In this document: piece by piece, positions 1 through 8,986 of the stretch
Numbering within the stretch: the stretch's first letter is position 1
Layout of the letters: the number at the start of each line of letters is the position of its first letter
From: Bacteroidota bacterium
GTDB taxonomy: Bacteria > Bacteroidota > Bacteroidia > Flavobacteriales > Flavobacteriaceae
Direction of reading: 5' to 3'
Length of the DNA stretch: 64,000 bases
Assembly: GCA_039798185.1 (NCBI GenBank)
Contig: JBDKGM010000020.1
Coordinates: 3,138 to 67,137 of the forward strand
The notes under the pieces: generated by a model
What the model was told of the DNA's origin: nothing
Database searches by the model: none
Seen by the model: only the letters and a program-made list of their open reading frames with translations
Made by a program: the position numbers and the translations under genes

Positions 1-2
1 AT

Positions 3-1268
3 TTAAGTAGTTTACCTACGGGTGCTATTGTACAATCAGCTACCCTTACCTTGTATAACAATCCTAGTGCAGTGAATGGCTATGCCAATGGGCAACATGT
101 ACATGTGAGTGGTAGTAATGAATCGGTATTGCAACGGATTACTTCGAATTGGAATGAAGATGTGGCTTGGAACAACCAACCTACAACGACCAGCCAAAAT
201 GAGGTAACCCTTCCCCAAGATATCGACCCCTATCAAGATTATAATTTGGATGTAACGAACTTGATTTTGGATGAAATAGCCAATCCTAATAGCAGTTTTG
301 GTTTTTTGCTCAAATTAAAAACTGAATCGCCTTACCGCATTCTGGTTTTCGCTTCAAGTGATCATCCCAATGCCTCCTTACATCCAAAATTAGTAATCAC
401 CTACACCCTTCCTTGCACCACACTTATCCTTCAACCGAATGCCACTGCAGGTAAAGACGCTTTTATTTCGAGTAATGTTCCTAGCTCAGGTCAAGGGACT
501 TCTCCTGAATTTGACGCTTGTGCTTGGACTGTATTTGGCACACCCATTAGCATTCGTGGACTTATCGATTTTGATTTAAGTAGTATCCCAACGACAGCAA
601 CTATTCAATCGGCTACACTGACCCTGTACAACAACCCTAATGCGGTTAACGGGTATGCTAATGGAGAACACGTTCATGTAAGTGGTAGTAATGAATCCGT
701 ATTACAACGCATTACAACTCCATGGAATGAAGATGTGGCATGGAATAACCAACCCACAACCACTACACAAAATGAGGTAACACTACTTCAAGATATCGAT
801 CCGTTTCAGGATTATTCCTTAGATGTAAAAAATTTAATTCAAGATGATATAGCAAACCCGAACAGTAGTTATGGTTTCTTACTTAAATTGAAAACGGAGT
901 CGCCTTACCGTTTGCTGGCTTTTGCTTCAAGTGATCACCCGAATGCGGCTTTGCATCCTAAACTCGAAATTTGTTATACCACAAATTTAGCAACTAATAA
1001 TCCTGTTGCGACTCCAATAGCGGTAACGGTAGTTCCAAATCCAAGTAACGGTTTTGTAACGCTTAATTTAGAACAACTTTCTTTGTCTTCTCCCACTTCA
1101 GGTACTTTTCAGTTGTTTGATGCCACTGGTAAAAAAGTGTTTGAACAAAAACAAAATCTGAATACGAATGCAACTTTTGATTTTAGTAGTTTCCAAAAAG
1201 GGCTTTATTTCTGGACATTAACCAACGATCAATACCGATTTAATGGCAAATTAATTCTTGTTCGTTAA
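3..1268 (+). CDS. T9SS-secreted protein with tandem DNRLRE (CBM96-like) domains; 5' partial
   Basis: The frame is open from position 3 (LSSLPTGAIVQSATLTL), so the gene starts upstream of the window. It has two near-identical ~120 aa modules (YNNP..NESVLQRIT..WNEDVAWNNQP..FASSDHPNA.LHPKL) and a C-terminal T9SS type A-like tail (VVPNPSNG...GLYFWTL...GKLILVR). Confidence 0.75.
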   Translation, partial: LSSLPTGAIVQSATLTLYNNPSAVNGYANGQHVHVSGSNESVLQRITSNWNEDVAWNNQPTTTSQNEVTLPQDIDPYQDYNLDVTNLILDEIANPNSSFGFLLKLKTESPYRILVFASSDHPNASLHPKLVITYTLPCTTLILQPNATAGKDAFISSNVPSSGQGTSPEFDACAWTVFGTPISIRGLIDFDLSSIPTTATIQSATLTLYNNPNAVNGYANGEHVHVSGSNESVLQRITTPWNEDVAWNNQPTTTTQNEVTLLQDIDPFQDYSLDVKNLIQDDIANPNSSYGFLLKLKTESPYRLLAFASSDHPNAALHPKLEICYTTNLATNNPVATPIAVTVVPNPSNGFVTLNLEQLSLSSPTSGTFQLFDATGKKVFEQKQNLNTNATFDFSSFQKGLYFWTLTNDQYRFNGKLILVR

Positions 1269-1312
1269 ATCGTTGGAATGGATTTCAATCGCATTAACTG
1301 TTACTATAGAAG

Positions 1313-1335
1313 AACCGGCATTGTCCGGTTTTTTT
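1313..1335 (+). terminator. Intrinsic terminator
   Basis: AACCGG-cattgt-CCGGTT followed by a T run, downstream of the stop at 1268. Confidence 0.7.
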
Positions 1336-1485
1336 GTTCATTACATAACCAATCTTGAATAAATTTGTTAGGTTACGTTAAGTATTTACAAGTTTAATCG
1401 TGAACTGTAACAAGGAACTATTTACTGAATACGAATCATCAACCCCATCCGTTTTTTAAAAACTCAATTGGGTTAATAAAACGCC

Positions 1486-1493
1486 TACTTTTG
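1486..1493 (+). promoter_or_regulatory. Bacteroidota -7 promoter element upstream of the Flavo-1-like element and ydeI-like gene
   Basis: TACTTTTG matches TAnnTTTG. Confidence 0.6.
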
Positions 1494-1502
1494 CAGTGAC
1501 CC

Positions 1503-1598
1503 GCACCAGCGATTGAAGCGGCATCCCCCGATAGCTATCGGGGACCTGCCTTTGCCGGCAGGCAGGTACAGCGGAAAGCGCGGCGGCTTGCCGGGTGC
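1503..1598 (+). ncRNA. Flavo-1-like structured repeat, copy 1, with nested palindromes
   Basis: Core GATTGAAGCGGCATCC...TACAGCGGAAAGCG, enclosed by GCACC/GGTGC. The variable stem holds CCCCGATAGCTATCGGGG and ACCTGCC-TTTGCCGGCA-GGCAGGT. The family name is from recalled consensus, not an Rfam search. Confidence 0.65.
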
Positions 1599-1606
1599 TA
1601 AAAGAA

Positions 1607-1648
1607 TTATGAGTTATGAATTATGAGTTATGAATTATGAGTTATGAG
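1607..1648 (+). repeat. Heptamer tandem array TTATGA(G/A) x6
   Basis: TTATGAG TTATGAA TTATGAG TTATGAA TTATGAG TTATGAG; the last unit contains the ATG at 1644. Confidence 0.95.
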
Positions 1649-2222
1649 TGAACAAAAAACATGGAACCGCAATGCCTATTGGCAACACGAACTTGAGGGG
1701 TTAAAGAAACTCCTAGCCACTACCGAATTAGTTGAAACCACGAAATGGGGTGGGATTGTGTATACGTTGAATGGGAAGAATGTGCTCGGTCTCGGCGGTT
1801 TTAAAAACTACTTTACGATATGGTTTTTTAACGGTGTCTTTTTGAAAGATGAATTGGGCGTGCTGGTGAATGCTAATGAAGGGGTGACGAAAGGGCTCCG
1901 ACAATGGCGCTTTGCCCACTGGGATGCCGTTAATGCTGAAGAAGTGCTGCACTATGTACAGGAAGCGATCGCTAATGAACGTGCTGGTTTAACGATCAAA
2001 CCGGAGAAGAAAACCCGTATGGAATGCGCCTATTTAGACGCTGCACTCGCTAGGGACAGTGGGCTTCGTTCTGCCTTTGAACGGTTTACCTTGTCGAAGC
2101 AAAATGAGTTTTTGGAATACATTGCCACGGCGAAACAAGAAGCTACTAAAGCAAGTCGCTTAGAAAAAATTAAACCGCTGATCCTTGCTGGTAGCGGTTT
2201 AAATGATCGGTACAAGAAATAA
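1644..2222 (+). CDS. YdeI/OmpD-associated family protein (DUF1801 + YdeI domain)
   Basis: Motifs ETTKWGGIVY, WFFNGVFLKD and KQEATKASRLEK..ILAGSGLND. Confidence 0.8.
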   Translation: MSEQKTWNRNAYWQHELEGLKKLLATTELVETTKWGGIVYTLNGKNVLGLGGFKNYFTIWFFNGVFLKDELGVLVNANEGVTKGLRQWRFAHWDAVNAEEVLHYVQEAIANERAGLTIKPEKKTRMECAYLDAALARDSGLRSAFERFTLSKQNEFLEYIATAKQEATKASRLEKIKPLILAGSGLNDRYKK

Positions 2223-2250
2223 AAAAATCCCGATGTCCTCGGGATTTTTC
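2221..2250. terminator. Bidirectional terminator between convergent genes
   Basis: AAAAAAATCCCGA-tgtcc-TCGGGATTTTT. Confidence 0.8.
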
Positions 2251-2251
2251 A

Positions 2252-2527
2252 TTATGCTTTTTTGTTTAAAGCGGCACTCAATTCCATCGAAATGGCAGTG
2301 CGTTCCATTTTCAGTTTTCCAGACATCGTTTCGATGATTACCGTGGTTTCGGCTAGTTCGACGATTTTACCGTGAATCCCGCTTTTGGTAATGATACGGT
2401 CCCCTACTTTTAAGGCGCTTTCAAATTCTTTTTCTTTTTTCATGCGGTTTTGTTGCGGGCGGATCATAAAGAAATAGATGACCACGAACATCAATAAAAA
2501 CGGCAACATTTGTGTTAATTGACCCAT
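2252..2527 (-). CDS. yajC: Preprotein translocase subunit YajC
   Basis: FFMIRPQ...LKVGDRIITKSGIHGKI; lies downstream of nusB. Confidence 0.95.
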   Translation of the reverse strand: MGQLTQMLPFLLMFVVIYFFMIRPQQNRMKKEKEFESALKVGDRIITKSGIHGKIVELAETTVIIETMSGKLKMERTAISMELSAALNKKA

Positions 2528-2545
2528 AATTGAATAATTTGTTTG

Positions 2546-3481
2546 TTATAATAAGCCTCGACCGGCTTTTTTCATTTTTCCATTGGTTTGGAATTCTTTG
2601 ACAAGGTTGTCTAAAATTCCGTTGATAAAGATGCTACTCTTTGGTGTTGAATATTCTTTGGCCAATTCCAAGTACTCGTTGATGGTCACTTTTGCAGGAA
2701 TGGATGGGAACTTGATGAATTCGCAAATGGCCATTTTTAAAATAATGGTATCCAATTCGGCGATACGTTCCAAGTCCCAATTCGGCGTTTTGTTTTCAAA
2801 TTCTTTCCCAAATTCTTTTTCGTTTAACAAGGTCTTGCGCAATAAATCAACGGCAAAATCGGCATCCTCCGCATCTTTAAAAATCTTGGGCACCCGGAAT
2901 TCCTCGCTGGTAAAATGACGCAATTGTTTTTGAATTAAGGTATTCACCACCGGAATATCATCGACCCACGTTAGTTTGAAATCTTCCAAATAGGCATATA
3001 ATTTCTCATTGGGTGCAATGACTTCGGTAAACAAGTCCATGATAAAGAAACGTTCCTCTTCAAAAGTCACAGACGGTTTGGCCATATACTTTTGGTACAA
3101 CGCACTGTTCTTGACGTCTTGCAACATGTAGATGATGGTATCATCATTATTCTGCCAGTTGTTGATGTGGTTATAGTCCAATGCTTGTTCCAACGAAGGA
3201 TTATTTTCCAAAGCCATCAAAATCGGATTGTCGATAAAGCGGGTATTGGGATTGCGTTCTTCCGCGGTGGCTAGGTGTTTGTTTTTTGCCAATTCAATGT
3301 AGGTGGCCTCTTTTTTACGGAGTTCGACCAACGAAGACAATAGGATAAGATACAAGTCAAGGATGTTGTCCAAACTGGCTTTGAGGAATTTCTCTTGTTT
3401 GGTAAGGTCATCGCTGCCACTTTGATGCATCGCGTAAATGGTTTGCATCACTTTGATTCGGATATGTCTTCTGTTTAACAC
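2546..3481 (-). CDS. nusB: Transcription antitermination factor NusB (long Bacteroidota form)
   Basis: Likely GTG start at 3481 (LNRRHIRIKVMQ). C-terminal IPAKVTINEYLELAKEYSTPKSSIFINGILD. Confidence 0.92.
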   Translation of the reverse strand: MLNRRHIRIKVMQTIYAMHQSGSDDLTKQEKFLKASLDNILDLYLILLSSLVELRKKEATYIELAKNKHLATAEERNPNTRFIDNPILMALENNPSLEQALDYNHINNWQNNDDTIIYMLQDVKNSALYQKYMAKPSVTFEEERFFIMDLFTEVIAPNEKLYAYLEDFKLTWVDDIPVVNTLIQKQLRHFTSEEFRVPKIFKDAEDADFAVDLLRKTLLNEKEFGKEFENKTPNWDLERIAELDTIILKMAICEFIKFPSIPAKVTINEYLELAKEYSTPKSSIFINGILDNLVKEFQTNGKMKKAGRGLL

Positions 3482-3509
3482 GGGTAAGAACTTTTTGGGT
3501 TTAAATGTA

Positions 3510-3538
3510 CAAAGCGAAAGAGGAGCTCTTTCGCTTTG
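3510..3538 (-). terminator. 13-bp perfect hairpin between the Leu/Val dehydrogenase gene and nusB
   Basis: CAAAGCGAAAGAG-gag-CTCTTTCGCTTTG; the U-tract is weak. Confidence 0.55.
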
Positions 3539-3568
3539 CAAAAATAAAATTATTTTTTGGAAACGCTC

Positions 3569-4672
3569 TTATTTCGCGTTTTCTTTTCTACGTTGTTCGA
3601 TACGGTTTTCTGCAATGGCCATCGCTGCTTTCTGCGTGGTCAAGTTGTTTTTCACCGCATAGTCGAAAATCTCTAACGTAGTGTTATAGATATTCTCTGT
3701 ACGACGCATTGCTTCTTCTTTACCGTAGTTGGCAATTTCACCATATACATTGATGATTCCTCCTGCGTTGATCAAGAAGTCTGGCGCATACACGATACCA
3801 CGCTCTTGTAAGATAGGTCCGTGTACGTTTTCATTGGCTAATTGGTTATTGGCCGCACCTGCGATAACTTTCGCTTTGATTTTATATACCGTATCATCAT
3901 TGATGGTCGCTCCTAAAGCACAAGGTGCATAGATATCTACATCAGCGCTGTACATATCTTCTCCAGTATAAATCGTAGCACCGTATTTTTTACTTACTTC
4001 TTCCAAACGTTGTTCGCTCAAGTCTACGATTTGAACCAAAGCACCTTCGTTACATAAGTGACTCACTAAGGTTTCCCCTACGTGACCGATACCTTGTACC
4101 AAAACTTTTTTACCGGCTAAATCATCAGACCCGAATTGGTATTTCGCAGCTGCTTTCATCCCCATATACACCCCATAAGCGGTTACTGGAGAAGGATTTC
4201 CTGAACCTCCACGCGCTTCTGAAATCCCCGTTACATAAGGCGTCACATCGCGTACAGTATCCATATCGGCTGTTACCATCCCGACATCTTCAGCAGTAAT
4301 GTATTTTCCAGAAAGTGAGTTTACGAATTCACCAAATTTACGCATCAACTCTGGATTCTTGTCGGTTTTGGCATCTCCGATGATTACAGCTTTACCTCCA
4401 CCTAAATTTAATCCTGAAATCGCTGATTTGTAAGTCATTCCACGAGACAAACGCAAAACGTCATTCAGTGCTTCCCACTCGTTATTATATTTCCACATAC
4501 GGGTACCGCCCAAAGCCGGACCCAAAACTGTATTGTGAATTCCGATTATTGCTTTTAAACCAGTATCTTTGTCGTGACAAAAAACGATTTGTTCGTGGTT
4601 GTCAAACGAAAGTTGGCCAAATACAGGGTCCATTTTTTGAAGCTCCTGTGCTGTAGTGATTTCTGCAGTCAT
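3569..4672 (-). CDS. Glu/Leu/Phe/Val dehydrogenase (leucine dehydrogenase-like)
   Basis: GPALGGTRMW, GGGKAVI, YITAEDVG, VLVQGIGHVG, GAANNQL. Start moved to MTAEITT; a -7 element TAAATTTG lies at 4713-4720. Confidence 0.9.
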   Translation of the reverse strand: MTAEITTAQELQKMDPVFGQLSFDNHEQIVFCHDKDTGLKAIIGIHNTVLGPALGGTRMWKYNNEWEALNDVLRLSRGMTYKSAISGLNLGGGKAVIIGDAKTDKNPELMRKFGEFVNSLSGKYITAEDVGMVTADMDTVRDVTPYVTGISEARGGSGNPSPVTAYGVYMGMKAAAKYQFGSDDLAGKKVLVQGIGHVGETLVSHLCNEGALVQIVDLSEQRLEEVSKKYGATIYTGEDMYSADVDIYAPCALGATINDDTVYKIKAKVIAGAANNQLANENVHGPILQERGIVYAPDFLINAGGIINVYGEIANYGKEEAMRRTENIYNTTLEIFDYAVKNNLTTQKAAMAIAENRIEQRRKENAK

Positions 4673-4865
4673 AAAATTAATTTTGTGTTGCGACTTTATC
4701 AATAAGTCGAAGCAAATTTAACGTTTTATTCAAGATATTTCATCGATTTATGGTTTAATTAGCATATTGTTAATAAAATTCATTTTAACTAAACAATTTA
4801 AAATTACACTTTACTGTGTTTTTTAACATAAATAATACAAAATACTAAAGAGTCGGAACCAACTC

Positions 4866-6629
4866 ATGAAAGAACTTCAATATTTAAATAAATATTTTAT
4901 AAAATACAAATACCACTTTTTAGCGGGTATTTTCATTACCATAGTAGCACAAATCTTCTTTTCGTATACACCAAAACTGATTAGTGCTTCCTTTAAAATT
5001 ATCGAAAACTATCCCGAAAATGGGATGGATAAATCCGCGGTGATTCAATTGCTCATCAAAAACATATCCTTAGCCATTGTCACCTCATTAATTGCTGGAT
5101 TTCTCACCTTCTTAATGCGACAAACACTTATCGTGATGTCGCGCCATGTCGAATTTGATTTAAAAAACGAAGTCTTTCGGCATTATGAACAACTGGATCA
5201 AGGATTTTACAAACGCAACCGTACGGGTGACCTTATGAATCGCATCACTGAGGATGTCGCTAAAGTCCGCATGTACGTGGGACCTGCCGTCATGTATACC
5301 ATCAATACGCTTATTCGCTTTGGTGTGGTGATCATTTATATGTATAACGTATCGCCGCGACTGACCTTATATACTTTGCTTCCTTTACCCCTACTGTCGT
5401 ATGTGATTTTCAAATTGAGCGTTGAAATCAACAAAAGAAGTACTTCATTTCAACAATTTTTATCTAAAATTTCCAGCTACAGTCAGGAAGTATTTTCTGG
5501 CGTTCGCGTAATCAAAGCCTATGCATTAGAAAATAAAAACCAAAGTGAGATGGCATCTTTGGCCGAAGAAAGCAAAGCAAAAAGTTTGAGTTTGGCCGGA
5601 GTGCAGTCCCTCTTCGGACCTTTAATGATAACACTAATTGGCATTAGTAACTTGGCCGTTATCTATTTTGGCGGAATGATGTATATCAATGGTGATCCGC
5701 ACATCCAAAGTATCGGTGTCATTGCGGAATTCATTTTGTATGTTAATATGCTTACGTGGCCGGTAGCTTCTATTGGATGGGTTTCGTCCTTAGTACAAGA
5801 AGCTGCGGCTTCCCAAAAACGAATCAACGAGTTTTTAAAAACCGAACCTGAGATCAAAAATAAGGTATCGACTCCAACACCTATTCAAGGACGAATTGAA
5901 TTCAAGAATGTGAGCTACACCTACGAAGACACCAATATTGAAGCCTTGAAAAATATTTCCTTCACTGTTGAAAAAGGGCAAACTTTAGCCATCCTTGGGA
6001 AAACAGGCTCTGGTAAATCAAGTATACTCACCTTACTCACGCGCCTGCATGATATTGAAAATGGCGCATTGTTAATTGACAACCAACCTATTGACCAAAT
6101 CAACCTAGTGAGCCTTCGGGATGCCATTGGTATTGTACCGCAAGATGCCTTTTTGTTTTCAGATACGATTAGCAGTAACATCCGATTTGGAAAAGAAAAT
6201 GCAACCCAAGAGGAAGTGGAAACCGCAGCAAAACAAGCGGTAGTCCATGACAATATTATCCAATTCAATCAGCAATATGAAACGATATTGGGCGAACGGG
6301 GAATAACTTTATCTGGCGGACAAAAACAACGCGTTTCTATCGCAAGAGCCATCATCAAAGACCCAAAAATATTGCTGTTAGACGATTGCCTTTCAGCGGT
6401 TGATACGGAAACCGAAGAGAAGATTTTAAACCATCTAACTTCGATTTCTAAAGACAAAACTACCATCATTGTGAGTCACCGCGTATCCTCAGCTAAAAAT
6501 GCAGATCAAATCCTAATTTTAGATGAAGGACGCATCATTCAACAAGGTTCTCATAATCAATTAGTAAACCAAGAGGGGTACTACAAAGAGCTTTATTACA
6601 AACAACTTTCTGAAAAAGAAGTCGAATAA
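4866..6629 (+). CDS. ABC exporter, fused permease/ATPase (MsbA-like type IV family)
   Basis: Six-TM N-terminal half, Walker A GKTGSGKS, LSGGQKQR signature, Walker B ILLLDD. Confidence 0.92.
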   Translation: MKELQYLNKYFIKYKYHFLAGIFITIVAQIFFSYTPKLISASFKIIENYPENGMDKSAVIQLLIKNISLAIVTSLIAGFLTFLMRQTLIVMSRHVEFDLKNEVFRHYEQLDQGFYKRNRTGDLMNRITEDVAKVRMYVGPAVMYTINTLIRFGVVIIYMYNVSPRLTLYTLLPLPLLSYVIFKLSVEINKRSTSFQQFLSKISSYSQEVFSGVRVIKAYALENKNQSEMASLAEESKAKSLSLAGVQSLFGPLMITLIGISNLAVIYFGGMMYINGDPHIQSIGVIAEFILYVNMLTWPVASIGWVSSLVQEAAASQKRINEFLKTEPEIKNKVSTPTPIQGRIEFKNVSYTYEDTNIEALKNISFTVEKGQTLAILGKTGSGKSSILTLLTRLHDIENGALLIDNQPIDQINLVSLRDAIGIVPQDAFLFSDTISSNIRFGKENATQEEVETAAKQAVVHDNIIQFNQQYETILGERGITLSGGQKQRVSIARAIIKDPKILLLDDCLSAVDTETEEKILNHLTSISKDKTTIIVSHRVSSAKNADQILILDEGRIIQQGSHNQLVNQEGYYKELYYKQLSEKEVE

Positions 6630-6696
6630 TGCTTGCATTATATTCATTTTTTTTTCACTTTCGTAAATAGAAAACTAGTAATTGACTGAACGAATT

Positions 6697-7065
6697 ATGA
6701 GAGAACATGACATGTTGGAAAAAGACGAAATTTTTTCCAAAGTATTAAGAGCCGGAAGAAGAACTTATTTCTTTGATGTACGTTCGACAAAAGCAGACGA
6801 CTACTATATCACGATTACGGAAAGTAAAAAATTCACCGAAGAAGATGGATCCTTCCATTTTAAAAAACACAAAATCTATCTATACAAAGAAGATTTTACT
6901 GCTTTCCGTGAAATTTTAGATGAAATGACGAATTTTGTGTTGGATTCTAAAGGTGAAGAAGTAATCTCAGAACGCCATCAAAAAGATTTCAAAAAAGAAT
7001 ATCCTGCCGAGGAATCAGGCAGCAACGAAAGAAGTTTTACCGATATAGACTTCGACGATATTTAA
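6697..7065 (+). CDS. DUF3276 / PUR-family nucleic-acid-binding protein
   Basis: FSKVLRAGRRTYFFDV...YITITESKK...KHKIYLYKEDF. ATG at 6697 is preferred over TTG at 6682. Confidence 0.85.
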   Translation: MREHDMLEKDEIFSKVLRAGRRTYFFDVRSTKADDYYITITESKKFTEEDGSFHFKKHKIYLYKEDFTAFREILDEMTNFVLDSKGEEVISERHQKDFKKEYPAEESGSNERSFTDIDFDDI

Positions 7066-7101
7066 AAAAAAATCCGAAAGTAAAAACTTTCGGATTTTTT
7101 T
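7066..7101. terminator. Bidirectional terminator
   Basis: AAAAAAATCCGAAAG-taaaaa-CTTTCGGATTTTTTT between convergent genes. Confidence 0.85.
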
Positions 7102-7112
7102 ATGCTTTTTAA

Positions 7113-7409
7113 TTATTCCGCGCCTGAAGTCAAGTAATTGTAAATCTTCATTCCTTGCTCATCACTTAAACGTGCTTTTTTCTGCATGCGAGCAACAATC
7201 GGCTTCCAAGCTTCAGCGTTGTAATCGGTCGCCTTGTACAACTGATGGCAACGGGCACAACTTCCTTCATACAAACTCTTTCCTTCTGCCAATTCAGGAG
7301 TTAATTCTTTTTTTACTACGGGTTTCGCTGCTTCAGGAGCTGCTTTGCTCGATCCACATGCATAGACTAGTCCTGCAACAAGTGCTACTGCAAATAATTT
7401 TGTTTTCAT
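7113..7409 (-). CDS. Small monoheme c-type cytochrome lipoprotein
   Basis: Lipobox LVYAC, heme motif CARCH, and a candidate axial Met in RMQKK. Confidence 0.8.
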   Translation of the reverse strand: MKTKLFAVALVAGLVYACGSSKAAPEAAKPVVKKELTPELAEGKSLYEGSCARCHQLYKATDYNAEAWKPIVARMQKKARLSDEQGMKIYNYLTSGAE

Positions 7410-7446
7410 GGTTTATTTATTCGTTTTTGGTACAGTAAAACTACAT

Positions 7447-7474
7447 AAAAAAAGCTGTCCGAAGACAGCTTTTG
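7447..7474 (-). terminator. Terminator of the cyclophilin-FKBP gene
   Basis: Minus strand AGCTGTC-TTCG-GACAGCT followed by a T run. Confidence 0.85.
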
Positions 7475-7476
7475 TT

Positions 7477-8409
7477 TTATTTAACATCCATTAATTCAAC
7501 ATCGAAAACCAAAATAGCATCAGGTGGAATTACGCCTCCAGCACCTGCTGAACCGTACCCAATGTGCGGTGGAATTACGAAACGTGCTTTATCCCCAACT
7601 TGTAATAAGGCAATCCCTTCGTCCCATCCTTCAATTACATAGCCTTTTCCTAATGGGAATTCGATTGGTTTTTTACGACCGTACGAACTATCAAACACTT
7701 TCCCATTGTCTAAAGCACCTGTATAATGAACCGAAACAGTTTTTCCTTTTTCAGCTTGTTTTCCATTTCCTTTTTGGATAATCTGGTAACGCAAACCGCT
7801 TTCTGTTTTTTGGAAACCAGCGGCTAATTTTTCAATAGCTGCTTCTGCTTTTTGCTTGGCTTCTTCCAAACGTTTTACACGCGAACCTTCAAACACGCGA
7901 AAAGCTTCAATTGCATTCCATTTTTTGGCTTCTTCGCCTTCACGAATGATTTCAATACTATCAATCAAATCATTTTGTTGAATAGCATCAACCACATCTT
8001 GTCCTTCCACCACATTCCCGAAAACAGTATGTTTACCGTCTAACCATGGTGTTGCAACATGCGTGATAAAAAACTGAGAGCCGTTTGTACCTGGACCCGC
8101 ATTGGCCATTGACAATACACCAGGACCGCTATGTACTAAATCAGGATGAAACTCATCGTCAAATTTATACCCTGGCCCGCCCGAACCAATACCTTGTGGA
8201 CAACCCCCTTGCACCATAAAATCTGGAATCACACGGTGGAATTTTAATCCATCGTAATAGGGTTTTCCCATGGGACGTGCCTCGTTTTCCAATTGACCTT
8301 CTGCTAAACCGACGAAGTTCCCAACCGTTCCCGGTGTTAAATCGTGGGTTAATTTTACTAAAATCGATCCACGAGACGTGTTGAATTTAGCATATATTCC
8401 GTTTTCCAT
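7477..8409 (-). CDS. Peptidyl-prolyl isomerase, cyclophilin-FKBP fusion (no signal peptide)
   Basis: Cyclophilin [13 protein letters not shown] and [18 protein letters not shown]; FKBP VHYTG...FDSS...VIEGWDEG...IPP. Start moved to MENG; -7 element TACCTTTG at 8434-8441. Confidence 0.92.
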   Translation of the reverse strand: MENGIYAKFNTSRGSILVKLTHDLTPGTVGNFVGLAEGQLENEARPMGKPYYDGLKFHRVIPDFMVQGGCPQGIGSGGPGYKFDDEFHPDLVHSGPGVLSMANAGPGTNGSQFFITHVATPWLDGKHTVFGNVVEGQDVVDAIQQNDLIDSIEIIREGEEAKKWNAIEAFRVFEGSRVKRLEEAKQKAEAAIEKLAAGFQKTESGLRYQIIQKGNGKQAEKGKTVSVHYTGALDNGKVFDSSYGRKKPIEFPLGKGYVIEGWDEGIALLQVGDKARFVIPPHIGYGSAGAGGVIPPDAILVFDVELMDVK

Positions 8410-8481
8410 TGTGTAGTATTTTGAATTGTGGCGCAAAGGTAAACTTATTCTGTTAACTTTGAAATACTAAAACAAAAGACA

Positions 8482-8931
8482 ATGCCTTCTATTTTTAATC
8501 CGATCGATAACCAAAACATGGTTGCTCGCATCCAACAACTCACTCCCACTTCTCAAGCACTTTGGGGTAAAATGAGTGTAGACCAAATGTTCGTTCACTG
8601 CTCCAAAGCCATTGATGTCGCCTTTAACACAATGCCTTTAAAAGTAAATTTCATTTTTAAATTGCTAGGGCGATTATTAAAGAATAAAGTCATTGTAAAA
8701 GGCGAATTATCGAAAAACAGTCCGACCGCCAAAGAGTTTGTCATCACCGATCATTTCGATTTTCAACAAACTCAAGCCGAATTAATTGCAAAAATTCAGC
8801 GTTTCGCCAATGAAGGTCCGTCATGTATTCAATTGCATAACCACCCTTTTTGGGGACCACTTTCCATAGACGAATGGGATATGTTGATGTGGAAACATTT
8901 GAGTCATCATTTGGAACAATTTGGTGTTTAA
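8482..8931 (+). CDS. DUF1569 / DinB-superfamily protein
   Basis: WGKMSVDQMFVHC and HPFWGPLS..EW...WKHLSHHLEQFG. Confidence 0.8.
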   Translation: MPSIFNPIDNQNMVARIQQLTPTSQALWGKMSVDQMFVHCSKAIDVAFNTMPLKVNFIFKLLGRLLKNKVIVKGELSKNSPTAKEFVITDHFDFQQTQAELIAKIQRFANEGPSCIQLHNHPFWGPLSIDEWDMLMWKHLSHHLEQFGV

Positions 8932-8964
8932 AAAAAACCTTGCATCATCATCAAAAGGTTGTGT

Positions 8965-8972
8965 ACCTTTGC
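8965..8972 (+). promoter_or_regulatory. -7 promoter element of trmD
   Basis: TACCTTTG, 14 nt before the ATG. Confidence 0.65.
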
Positions 8973-8986
8973 CCGAAAATTGAGTT

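Noticed and set aside
3482-3541. N-terminal extensions in the ORF track (nusB, ldh, sucC, lysA, guaA, gldI, purM, PKD gene)
   Set aside because: The extensions run through promoters, hairpins or neighbouring genes, and family homology starts at the downstream codons used here.
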